24,000 nucleotides of DNA from Candidatus Harpocratesius repetitus (GCA_021498095.1 JAIZWK010000001.1:716448-740447), one strand, 5' to 3'. Positions 1 to 9,791 are shown, counted from the first letter of the stretch. The notes: generated by a model not told the origin, from the sequence alone. A program made the numbers and translations.

Positions 1-13
1 ATAAAAGATTGAT

Positions 14-406
14 ATGTCCGAAAAATCTGTTAAAAAAATGGCGAATTTGCTACGAAATGGAGCAACAATGTTGGATAAATATTGTCCAAAATGCAACAGT
101 ATATTATTCAGATTGCAGAATAATGATATTTTTTGTCCTAATTGTAATAAAGATCTCTCAAAAATAAAGAATCAAAAAGCAGATTTAAATGAAAACCGAA
201 AAGTTTTAACAAATTATGGAAATAAAATTAATCAATACCCAGAATCAACAACTTTTCATGATCTAAATAAAATTTTTTCCAAAAAAATTAATGATCTATG
301 TTTAATGATGGATTCTACAGAAGATTTATATGTTATTGAAAAAATCTTGTCAAATATTGATAAAATTCTTTCTATTATGCAAAAATTGAGAGAATTTCAA
401 AAATAA
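14..406 (+). CDS. Small zinc-ribbon protein, UPF0148 / SSSCA1 (autoantigen p27)-like family
   Basis: 130-aa ORF with ATG at 14. The N-terminus 'ANLLRNGATMLDKYCPKCNSILFRLQNNDIFCPNC' is a CxxC-x13-CxxC ribbon preceded by the LL-x-GA-x-ML motif I recognise from archaeal UPF0148 proteins. The C-terminal half is helical and low-complexity. Confidence 0.6.
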   Translation: MSEKSVKKMANLLRNGATMLDKYCPKCNSILFRLQNNDIFCPNCNKDLSKIKNQKADLNENRKVLTNYGNKINQYPESTTFHDLNKIFSKKINDLCLMMDSTEDLYVIEKILSNIDKILSIMQKLREFQK

Positions 407-469
407 AAAATTAGTGTTTTTATTAATAAATAAAATAAAGAAGATAAATGAAAATAGTAAATTACTAAT

Positions 470-544
470 GCTTCCATAGTGTAGTTCGGTCAAGCATTTG
501 AGGCTCTCACCCTCAGGACTCGGGTTCAAATCCCGATGGAAGCA
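470..544 (+). tRNA. tRNA-Glu (anticodon CUC)
   Basis: Hand-folded cloverleaf. Acceptor GCTTCCA/TGGAAGC, D stem GTGT/GCAT, anticodon stem TGAGG/CCTCA with loop CTCTCAC (CTC at 34-36), T arm TCGGG-TTCAAAT-CCCGA, discriminator A. No encoded CCA. A T9 run follows. Confidence 0.9.
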
Positions 545-547
545 TCC

Positions 548-556
548 TTTTTTTTA
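548..556 (+). terminator. Oligo-T tract after tRNA-Glu(CUC), a candidate archaeal termination signal
   Basis: Nine consecutive T residues 4 nt after the tRNA 3' end. Archaeal RNA polymerase is known to terminate at oligo-T. The surrounding genome is AT-rich, so specificity is limited. Confidence 0.4.
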
Positions 557-599
557 CCTAATTAATTATTGGTTCAAAACAAATAAAAGAGCTTGAAGG

Positions 600-1901
600 A
601 TGCACTCGCGGAAACAGATCACAAAGTATTTTTTCATCAAAACCTTTGGATGTACTTTTAATTTTGGAGATTCAATGAAAATCGAAGCTCTTCTAAGAAA
701 ACAGAAATATTGTAAAACAAGCGAGATTGAATCTTCAGATATTATAATTATTAATACTTGTGCTGTAAAGCATGCTACTGAAACAAAAATTTTACATTAC
801 ATTTTTGACATACGAAAGCAATATCCAGATAAAAGGATGATTGTTACTGGCTGTCTTCCACAAATTGGGAAAAAAATGTATCAGAAGATTAAATCTCAAA
901 TCCATCCAGATGATCTTATTCTAAAACCTGCAGAAATTCACAATATTATTCTCTCATTAGGAGAATCTTTGAAAACAGATGATATCCTACATAAACCAGA
1001 AATTATTCCTGCTCCTTTTAAGAATGGAAATATAGGAATAATTCAAATTTCTGAAGGTTGTAATAATTCGTGTACTTACTGCTGTACGACGATTGCACGT
1101 GGCAAACTTATTTCATTTAATCCAAAAATAATATTAAATCAAATAAAATCTCTATATTTAGATGGTATAAATAATTTCTTCTTGACTAGTCAAGATTTAG
1201 GTAATTATAATTATTCTGGATATACTTTAGTTGATCTCCTTACAGATATTTCTAATCTTCAAGGGAATTTTCAGATTAGACTTGGAATGTTAAATCCAGA
1301 TTATTTAATTAAAAAAATAGATCCCTTTCTTAGGATTTTTATTGACAAGCGATTTTATCGATTTATTCATATGCCAATTCAATCTGGAAGTAATCGCATC
1401 TTACAGTTAATGAGAAGAAATTATAAAATTGAAGAAATTGAACAAATAATAAAAAAATTCAAGAAATTTGATAGAAATTTTACTTTTTCAACAGATATAA
1501 TTGTTGGATTTCCCTCAGAAACAATTAATGATTTTCAAGATAGTGTTAATTTTATCAATCAGTGGAAACCTTTTAATCTAAATATTTCAAAATATTCAGT
1601 TCGACCTAATACACTAGCAAAAAAAATGAAACAACTTCCTTCTCAAGATATTAAAAAGAGATCAAAGTATTTAGATGAAGTCTATAAACATTATTCCCAT
1701 TTATTAAGAATGAACTGGATTGGATGGGAAGGAAAAGTGTTTGTTTCTGATTCCAATATTCTTAACAGTAATGATAACGGATATTTAACCAGGAATCTTT
1801 ATAATATTCCAATTTTTATTGAATCCGGAAAAATTGGAACTGTTTCTCATATTAAAATTGTTAAGATCATTGGGAATAAAATTATCGGAAAAATTACTTA
1901 A
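600..1901 (+). CDS. Radical-SAM methylthiotransferase, MiaB-like (archaeal/eukaryotic MtaB / CDKAL1 type, tRNA ms2t6A37 family)
   Basis: 433-aa ORF. N-terminal UPF0004-type motif 'FIKTFGCTFNFGDS...IIIINTCAV', radical-SAM cluster motif 'EGCNNSCTYCC' (CxxxCxxC), 'MPIQSGSNRIL', and a TRAM-like C-terminus 'GKVFVSD...VKIIG'. Confidence 0.85.
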   Translation: MHSRKQITKYFFIKTFGCTFNFGDSMKIEALLRKQKYCKTSEIESSDIIIINTCAVKHATETKILHYIFDIRKQYPDKRMIVTGCLPQIGKKMYQKIKSQIHPDDLILKPAEIHNIILSLGESLKTDDILHKPEIIPAPFKNGNIGIIQISEGCNNSCTYCCTTIARGKLISFNPKIILNQIKSLYLDGINNFFLTSQDLGNYNYSGYTLVDLLTDISNLQGNFQIRLGMLNPDYLIKKIDPFLRIFIDKRFYRFIHMPIQSGSNRILQLMRRNYKIEEIEQIIKKFKKFDRNFTFSTDIIVGFPSETINDFQDSVNFINQWKPFNLNISKYSVRPNTLAKKMKQLPSQDIKKRSKYLDEVYKHYSHLLRMNWIGWEGKVFVSDSNILNSNDNGYLTRNLYNIPIFIESGKIGTVSHIKIVKIIGNKIIGKIT

Positions 1902-2923
1902 AGCAAGAAAAAAGGTTTTAAAATTTTAACATAATGATCTCGAATCGAATATTCTGCTACGTTCATTGCCTTTGAAGCTGTTTTTTGTGTTAATATCGGT
2001 TTTGTTTGGAATTCTTTGGCAATTAATCTATCTGCACAATAAACAACAGTTGCAGCTAATATATACGGATTTCTTGAACCTCTTATCCTAGCATTTAATT
2101 GTTTAAGAATATACAAGCTTTTTTTATGTAATAAGCGCCGATATTCTTCTTTTTGCCATTTTGAATTTTTTATCTTCATCCTTTTTAATATTTCTTCACT
2201 ATTTACAATATCATTTATAAATCGGCTAATAAAATCTTCACTTTGATGAGGTTTTATTCTATTTTCAATAAAATTTTGGTATTGCATATAATCTCTTATA
2301 ATTAATTTTGGATTGATACGATGTCCCAACAAAGAGAAAGTCTTGCATAATTCTTTTAAGCTAACAGGTGAATGTGATTTATTTTCTTTAGATGCTTGGA
2401 AAATACAAAAACCAATAAGAGAAACGTGATTTACAATGCATGATGCTCTTTTCTTGATTTCATGGTATAAATATGCTGCTCTATTCTTTACAAGTGTTGA
2501 TATATTAAGATATTCACAAATTTGGGTTAAAATTTTTAAAATTCTATAATCTGTTTCATGATTTTTAATTTTTGAAGGTAGTGAATAAAATTTTTTTAGT
2601 TTTGAAAATTTTTTTTGTTTTTCTGCAGGAATTAATTTCTTCTTATAATCATAAAACGTATATTTTGAAAAATAATCAATATGACTCCCCAAGGTGCATA
2701 TATTGTCCACTGTTTTGCCAATAGAAACAAATTGGGTACTAGAACAAGAACTATATTCTTTATTTTCGTTAATCTGAAAACTATTAATGAAAGAAATCGA
2801 ATTAATAACTAATCCACAATTCTCACAAACAATTTCAAACCCGTTATTTATAAGTGTCCCATTACATTCAGGACATGTTTTATTTATGGAATTATTGTAG
2901 GTGTTTATAATTTTTGAAGTCAT
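1898..2923 (-). CDS. tfb: Transcription factor B (TFIIB-family) paralogue, divergent
   Basis: 341-aa ORF. N-terminal Zn ribbon 'CPECNGTLINNGFEIVCENCGLV' (CxxC-x12-CxxC). Two cyclin-fold-like repeats follow ('NRAAYLYHEIKK...SLIGFCIFQASK' and 'NPYILAATVVYCADRL'). The usual B-reader/EWR-type motif after the ribbon is not recognisable. Confidence 0.7.
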   Translation of the reverse strand: MTSKIINTYNNSINKTCPECNGTLINNGFEIVCENCGLVINSISFINSFQINENKEYSSCSSTQFVSIGKTVDNICTLGSHIDYFSKYTFYDYKKKLIPAEKQKKFSKLKKFYSLPSKIKNHETDYRILKILTQICEYLNISTLVKNRAAYLYHEIKKRASCIVNHVSLIGFCIFQASKENKSHSPVSLKELCKTFSLLGHRINPKLIIRDYMQYQNFIENRIKPHQSEDFISRFINDIVNSEEILKRMKIKNSKWQKEEYRRLLHKKSLYILKQLNARIRGSRNPYILAATVVYCADRLIAKEFQTKPILTQKTASKAMNVAEYSIRDHYVKILKPFFLL

Positions 2924-3135
2924 AGGTTAAAGAAAAAATCAAATTCAAGAGTTAAATGATTTCTTAGGAATTTTGATGTAATTAAAGTAATTATTATTTC
3001 ATTTAGATAGTAAAAAGTTTAGATCAGAGAGACATAATTGAAAATAGAATTTTTATGGATACGATTTTTTATATTTTAAAGCTAATAGTAATGTCGGACT
3101 ATTTATCTAAATTTTAAAAATATTATTTAGAAAAA

Positions 3136-4284
3136 ATGCTGAAAAAACCAACTATTTTTGATTACACGCAAATACAAAATTGTATTATCTATAAATTAAA
3201 AAAGAAAAATCTAATTTATAGAGGATTTATGATCGAAGATTTCGATTATTTCAATGAAATTGACCAATATTTAAAAGAACATTTAGTAACACAAAAAATA
3301 AGCTATATCTTCTACTTTTTTCCTAGAAATAATAAACTAATACTATGGATTTTTTCACGAAATTATAATATCCATGAGTTTAATTTAATTATCAATGAAT
3401 TTCTTTCATATTTTTCAATTTTGTTAAAAAATTTATCTGAAGATATCTTAATAAAATCATTTTTTGTTAATTCTTTTTTACAACATTCAGAAATTGAGAT
3501 TATAGATGATTTTGATGATGAAAAATTTGAACTTGTAGATCAAAATTCAAATTCATTATTTATCTTCAAAATTTCATTCAAATTAAAAACACATCAAACA
3601 AAATACTGTAATATATTGAAAAAATTCCTAGAATATACAAATACTGCTAAAATTCAAACTCTAATTCAGATTAAATCAAAAAATGACTATGTCCAGAAAG
3701 TAGCAATAATTGTTTTTTTTAAAACTCTTACTGAAAAAAAAACTCTTGAAGGATATATTAAATCACTTAAAATATCTGATTTTCTAGCATTGCATAAAAT
3801 AAGATTAAAAGACTTTAAAAGAATGATCTCAAAAAAAATAATAAACAATTATAATCAAATACGCTTAGATGAAGTTTTTCCATATTTTACTAGAAAAATA
3901 GACGAAAAAATCTTTCAACCAAATTATTTACTTAATTCTTTAACTAAAGTTAAAGAAATACTAAAACATTCCTCAAAAAAATTAAAAATTTCGGAATATT
4001 TAATTATAAATAATAAGAATCAATATATTTTTATTTTAAATAACAAAACTCTCTTAAAATTAACTCAATCTCTACTTAAATATTACCCTAATTGTGTAGA
4101 TTTTTTAATCATTTCTTCTAATTCTGAATTAATTCAAATCTTAAAAAATAGAACTTCAATTGAAAAATTATCAAAATTATCTCTATTTTTTTATGAAAAT
4201 CTTCAAAGTTTAATGCAAACAATTTTACACGATACCAATCAAGATCAGAAATCTAGTGAGAGTCCATTATTGATAATCAATTAA
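3136..4284 (+). CDS. Hypothetical protein (382 aa), no recognisable domain
   Basis: Long uninterrupted ORF with ATG at 3136, divergent from the TFB gene. The composition is strongly K/I/N/L-biased and I see no motif I can name. Confidence 0.55.
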   Translation: MLKKPTIFDYTQIQNCIIYKLKKKNLIYRGFMIEDFDYFNEIDQYLKEHLVTQKISYIFYFFPRNNKLILWIFSRNYNIHEFNLIINEFLSYFSILLKNLSEDILIKSFFVNSFLQHSEIEIIDDFDDEKFELVDQNSNSLFIFKISFKLKTHQTKYCNILKKFLEYTNTAKIQTLIQIKSKNDYVQKVAIIVFFKTLTEKKTLEGYIKSLKISDFLALHKIRLKDFKRMISKKIINNYNQIRLDEVFPYFTRKIDEKIFQPNYLLNSLTKVKEILKHSSKKLKISEYLIINNKNQYIFILNNKTLLKLTQSLLKYYPNCVDFLIISSNSELIQILKNRTSIEKLSKLSLFFYENLQSLMQTILHDTNQDQKSSESPLLIIN

Positions 4285-4317
4285 ATATAAATATTATATT
4301 AATTTATTTTTTAATGA

Positions 4318-4585
4318 TCGTGGGGATCTAGGCAATCCCTTGAAACTCTATACAGAGTGGAGCCGTGCCTATAACGGACTGAGAAAATTTCGAAAGAATA
4401 TGAATTTAGTTAAAAAAATAATCTTACTAACCAATGATACACTCCCTATTTGAGATGAGCTATGGTAAAGTCATTTTCGTAGGAAAATGATAATTACCTT
4501 AAAGAACAAAATCGGCAAGGCCAGGGATGGAGCAACCGTAAGTTCAATAGTTTATGCACAAGTTGTGGGGTGTTAAGGTCCAAGA
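4318..4585 (+). ncRNA. Signal recognition particle RNA (7S / SRP RNA); ends approximate
   Basis: GC-rich, ORF-free island between two genes. Helix-8 apex 'GGCCAGGGATGGAGCAACCG' (4519-4538) is CCA-GGGA-TGG (a GNRA tetraloop hairpin) followed by the conserved AGCA(AC) loop. Helix-6-like hairpin CATTTTC-GTAG-GAAAATG (4472-4489) has a GNAR loop. Alu-domain-like 5' part has hairpins GGGAT-CTAGGCA-ATCCC and ACTCT-ATAC-AGAGT, plus 'CCTATAACGG' resembling the UGUNR motif. Confidence 0.7.
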
Positions 4586-4623
4586 TTATAGATTTAATTA
4601 AACAATTATTCCTGAAAAATTGA

Positions 4624-4983
4624 TCATTCATATATTAATTGAAAAATTATTAAAAAAAAATTTACAATAAATAAAGAAGCAATACCAATAAATGAGATAT
4701 TTATTATTTGGTAAATTTCATTCATTACTTTCAATAATAATATGTTAATATGGGCTTCAATTACCATATTGTTAATGTATTTACTCATTTCTAAAATAAT
4801 AATTCGTTTAATTTCTGAGATTTTAAGAACTAAATATTCAATTAAAATAAAAAAAATACTTTTAATTGCAATTTTTGGAATAATTTGAATAAAAAAAAAA
4901 AGAAAAAAAACAAAAATGCAAAGAAATGTGTAAATTGAAAATAATTTTAGTAAAAAATCGAATGTATTGCTGAATAGAATCAT
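4624..4983 (-). CDS. Small predicted multi-pass membrane protein (119 aa), last gene of the GTPase operon
   Basis: ATG lies 7 nt after the stop of the upstream GTPase gene. Hydrophobic segments are 'FLLKLFSIYTFLCIFVFFLFFFIQII' and 'ISFIGIASLFIVNFFLIIFQLI', with an amphipathic middle. Caveat: poly-A/T DNA readily yields F/I/L-rich shadow ORFs. Confidence 0.4.
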   Translation of the reverse strand: MILFSNTFDFLLKLFSIYTFLCIFVFFLFFFIQIIPKIAIKSIFFILIEYLVLKISEIKRIIILEMSKYINNMVIEAHINILLLKVMNEIYQIINISFIGIASLFIVNFFLIIFQLIYE

Positions 4984-4990
4984 TTTATTT

Positions 4991-5575
4991 CTACTTCACA
5001 ATAATTGATGGGAAAATCATTTCTAAGATATATTTAAATGCCTCTATGATCCCTCTGTTATCTATTGCAATAGTTGGGATTAATTGGACTTTTGATAAGG
5101 AATTTAATTGAAAATGTTGATTAATTTCATCTAAACTAATTAAATTATCTAAATCTTGCTTGTTTAAACAAATTACAATTGGTAAATCCGAGATTTTTTC
5201 CTGTAAATAGAAATTTAATTCATTCCAAGATGAGAGGTTATCATTGAAATATTTTCTTTGTGAATCGACAACAAACATTATTCCATCTATCCCATAAAGA
5301 GTTGCTGGTCTGGTAGACGCATAGAAATCTTGTCCTGTCGCAGTTAAAAGAGAGATTTTTACTATCCATTCCCCTCCTTTTAATTGTAGTACTCCAAAAT
5401 CAAAAAAAAGGGTTCTTCCTGTTGTTGTTTCAATCGAAGTTAGTAAGTCTTCGCGATTAAACGATCTAAATAAATTTTTCAAGCTAGTTGTCTTTCCAGA
5501 CATAGCACAGCCATAATAAACTATCTTAATCTGAATTTCTTTTTTTTTATAATTAATTAACATTTTTATCCCCAT
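4991..5575 (-). CDS. MglA-type Ras-superfamily small GTPase
   Basis: 'MLINYKKKEIQIKIVYYGCAMSGKTTSL' matches the MglA N-terminus/P-loop pattern (INY...KIVYYGPGLCGKTT). Switch I is 'TTGRTLFFDF'. G3 is 'LTATGQ', with Thr in place of the Ras Asp as in MglA 'TVPGQ'. G4 is 'NKQD'. The more likely start is the ATG at 5563 (MLINY...), preceded by the SD-like GGGGAT. The ORF-track start at 5575 would overlap the upstream stop. Confidence 0.85.
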   Translation of the reverse strand: MGIKMLINYKKKEIQIKIVYYGCAMSGKTTSLKNLFRSFNREDLLTSIETTTGRTLFFDFGVLQLKGGEWIVKISLLTATGQDFYASTRPATLYGIDGIMFVVDSQRKYFNDNLSSWNELNFYLQEKISDLPIVICLNKQDLDNLISLDEINQHFQLNSLSKVQLIPTIAIDNRGIIEAFKYILEMIFPSIIVK

Positions 5576-6465
5576 AAACTTTCAAATGTATCAGATAACT
5601 TTGATGTTTTTTCTAAATTTAATAATGAAAAGAAATTTGCACCCCATTCATTCAAAATAAACTGTAAAATCCTTTCTATAGGTGCATGTTTATAATCAAT
5701 AGTAGAAAATAAAACCCTAGGAGAAAGATTTGTTTTTATATTTAATGCATCTAATATTTGAATTCGATTTAAAATATTAATTGATCTTTTACAAGCATTA
5801 AAGAAGTTTAAAATTTCTTTTTTTATTATGTTTTCTTTAATCTCTTTCTCTTCAATTTCAAAATTCATAATTGATTTTTTTTCTTCTACTGGAATTTTTC
5901 GATAATTTGTTCGTTTTGAAATAATTCGCTTCATTTTTTCAATTTCAATTTCTGTTCTATTTATAGCATTTTCATAAATCCACTTTTCAAGAGAAAGATC
6001 AAAACTTGGAAATGACTTACCGACTATTTCTGTTTTTAAGCTTTTTTCATCAATTTCAAGCTTTAAAAAATAATCAACAAGTGAGTACATTTTATTATAA
6101 ATTTTAATATAGTTTGCATAGGAGTTTTTGTCAATAATAACTCCAAATATCCAAGATTGGAAAGTGGTGATTGTCTCAATTGCTTTTAAAGAGGCGTTAG
6201 GAAAACATAAGAATACGTTTCGTTCACTATTTAAATCATTTTCTTCATATTCTCGAATCTCCAAATAATCACTTAGTTCAATAAAATCAGATAGAAAAAT
6301 CAAATTATTCCTGAAAGGTATTAGTGATATTAGTTCATTGATTAAATTTTCTATAATCTCTTCTTGATCTGATATAATTACAATAGGAATTCTATCTAAT
6401 AAGCATTTTAATAATAATGATACATCTTCAATTTCTGATTGACTAAAACGATTTATCAAATCCAT
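5566..6465 (-). CDS. Uncharacterised 299-aa protein with a core-DENN-like motif pattern in the N-terminal half (hypothesis)
   Basis: ATG at 6465 is preceded by GGTGA (minus strand, 6476-6472), complementary to the 16S 3' end. It is wedged between the Roadblock and GTPase genes. 'LLLKCLLDRIPIVIISDQEEIIENLINELISLIPFRNNLIF...SWIFGVI' resembles the cDENN pattern LL-x-R-hhhh-S/AD...L-hYPF-W-x-h-YIP...PFhIG. The C-terminal half is helical. Confidence 0.75.
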   Translation of the reverse strand: MDLINRFSQSEIEDVSLLLKCLLDRIPIVIISDQEEIIENLINELISLIPFRNNLIFLSDFIELSDYLEIREYEENDLNSERNVFLCFPNASLKAIETITTFQSWIFGVIIDKNSYANYIKIYNKMYSLVDYFLKLEIDEKSLKTEIVGKSFPSFDLSLEKWIYENAINRTEIEIEKMKRIISKRTNYRKIPVEEKKSIMNFEIEEKEIKENIIKKEILNFFNACKRSINILNRIQILDALNIKTNLSPRVLFSTIDYKHAPIERILQFILNEWGANFFSLLNLEKTSKLSDTFESLWG

Positions 6466-6476
6466 TGTATTTCACC

Positions 6477-7490
6477 TTATAATAATAATTGGTTGAAAAT
6501 AGATTCAATTTTTATTGGTGGAACTAATTTTGAGCTATTTTCTGATTCTTTCAAGATTTTTTCTAATTTATTACAATATTTTGGAATTACTAATCTTAAA
6601 AGCCCTAATTTTTGTCTACCTTTTGCGATTCTGGCAGAAAAAATTGCTGATCGAATTTGATTTATAAATTGAAACTCATCAATACATTCTAATAAAATTG
6701 ATGTTATATGCATTCTCTTCAATTGCCAAGCACATTTATCTGCTGTATAGAATAAAGATTGACTGAGAGTTGCTTCTTTTTCCAAATTATCACTGGTTCT
6801 ATTCATTTTATTTTCTAAACTTGAGAGAATGAAGCCACCTTCAAAAGTAATGAATGTATTTATCAAATCAAATGTATTCCTACTAAAATCATCTAGTAGA
6901 TTATCTAGTTGATCATATGAAGATTGAGCAAAACTTAATGAAAACATAGGAATTCGCTCCTTCTTTTCAACCTCGTCTTTATTTTCTATTGAATTAAGAA
7001 ATCTTTGCATTTCTTCAGGAGAATAATGTCTCATTGGTGGTTTAAAAGAATTCTTTGATAAAATAAGACATTTTTTAATTTCAGCTAAACTAGAACGAAT
7101 TTTTAAAAATATTCCTCCTAAATTTACATTTGATTTCGTTGTTATAGCAACGTAAAATTCTTCATTTAGATTTTGTAAATTTTGAGCTTGAATGATCTTA
7201 TTAATTGTGGTGTTTCCATAATTTTTTAAAGGTGTGATTAATATTTTTGCCATTTTTCCTTCAATTAATATATATTTTAACTTATTTTGATGTAAACTTA
7301 ATCCACAATTATAGATTGCTGAGGTCGCAGCACAGATACTAAATAATTCTTCTTTAGAAAGCCAAATGCCACTATGTTGAATTGGATTTCCGTCTCGTTG
7401 TGTTAAAACAACATTATCTACTCCTTTTGTGGCTTTAATAAGATCCAAATAAGATTTTATTTTCATTGTTAGTGAAATTTTCTTCACCAT
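6477..7490 (-). CDS. Tandem Roadblock/LC7-domain protein (MglB-like), 337 aa
   Basis: The N-terminal domain 'YLDLIKATKGVDNVVLTQRDGNPIQHSG...ELFSICAATSAIYNCG...ILIEGKMAKILITPL' fits the Roadblock/LC7/MglB pattern. A second similar unit lies near the C-terminus ('FDLINTFITFEGGFILSS...SQSLFYTADKCAWQL...SILLECIDEFQFINQI'). It is the first gene of the operon that contains the MglA-like GTPase. Confidence 0.8.
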   Translation of the reverse strand: MVKKISLTMKIKSYLDLIKATKGVDNVVLTQRDGNPIQHSGIWLSKEELFSICAATSAIYNCGLSLHQNKLKYILIEGKMAKILITPLKNYGNTTINKIIQAQNLQNLNEEFYVAITTKSNVNLGGIFLKIRSSLAEIKKCLILSKNSFKPPMRHYSPEEMQRFLNSIENKDEVEKKERIPMFSLSFAQSSYDQLDNLLDDFSRNTFDLINTFITFEGGFILSSLENKMNRTSDNLEKEATLSQSLFYTADKCAWQLKRMHITSILLECIDEFQFINQIRSAIFSARIAKGRQKLGLLRLVIPKYCNKLEKILKESENSSKLVPPIKIESIFNQLLL

Positions 7491-8129
7491 TTTTTATTTA
7501 TAGTAATTGCAATCAATTTTAAAAAATCCTAAAATTAATTAAAGAATTAATGATAAAAAAAAGGAAAAATAAAGTTAAAATTCAAAATAAAATGAAAAAT
7601 ATCTATATGATAATGCAAATTTTAGAAATTACTTGATATTTATGCTATTTTTTTTGAATTTCTTCATTACAAAAAAAATACAAAGGAATTTACATATTCC
7701 TTTATAATTTTAAACAATAATTTTGAAATCATAAAATCTATTCAATTTTGTATATTAATTAAAATTAAACTTATGAATCTAAAAATTTATATCTTGATTC
7801 TTTTATTTTGAAAAGAAAGAAACGTTAAAATTTATTAAGGAAGAATCCCACAATTGATTTCTAGAGCCACTTTCGATATGTTTAAATTAACATTTGCATT
7901 GTATATTTTGTAGTTGGAGACAACTCAATCCCATATCAATCGGCGTGAATATGGATCAACGACACATGTCACGGAGATGAAGTATTCCATTCCTTGATGA
8001 TGGGAAAAATATGAAGTCCTCTAAAAAGGACTGAAGTTGTTATGCACAGATGGTCGGTAAGTAAACGACCCCCAAAAAGGAATTTAAGTTGAATAGAAGC
8101 GAGATCAAATGGAAGGATAATGAAAACCA

Positions 8130-9627
<1,498 letters not shown>

Positions 9628-9718
9628 ACAACGCACCGAAGGTATCATCCTTCGGGCATTTCTTTTTATATAATTGATTTTAAATTTATTGTTTGACTAT
9701 TACAACTAAGCTGCTTTT

Positions 9719-9791
9719 GGGCCTATAGCTCAGTTGGTAGAGCGCCTGACTTGCACTCAGGAGGTCGGGGATTCAAATTCCCCTAGGTCCA
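9719..9791 (+). tRNA. tRNA-Ala (anticodon UGC), in the 16S downstream spacer position
   Basis: Acceptor GGGCCTA/TAGGTCC with the G3:U70 alanine identity pair. D arm GCTC-AGTTGGTA-GAGC, anticodon stem CCTGA/TCAGG with loop CTTGCAC, T arm GGGGA-TTCAAAT-TCCCC, discriminator A. A T5 run follows. Confidence 0.95.

Noticed and set aside
1898-1901. 4-nt overlap (TTAA) of the convergent MiaB-like and TFB-like genes, considered as a possible annotation error
   Set aside because: Both ORFs carry family motifs up to their C-termini. Overlapping stops in a TTAA palindrome are a plausible consequence of genome compaction rather than a frameshift.
6439-6660. 73-aa + strand ORF; likewise 10312-10686, 11337-11561, 12504-12731 (+) and 13967-14209, 14456-14794, 16485-16667 (-)
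   Set aside because: Each is antisense to, and nested within or overlapping, a longer gene with clear family motifs. They are F/I/L/S-rich shadow ORFs typical of AT-rich DNA.
7995-8034. C/D-box-like elements in the 16S leader: TGATGA (7995-8000) and CTGA (8031-8034), flanking a perfect hairpin AGTCCT-CTAAAA-AGGACT (8015-8032)
   Set aside because: Only ~30 nt separate the boxes, leaving no room for D'/C' boxes and two 12-nt guides. The residue before UGAUGA is U rather than a purine, and there is no terminal stem. It is more likely just leader secondary structure.
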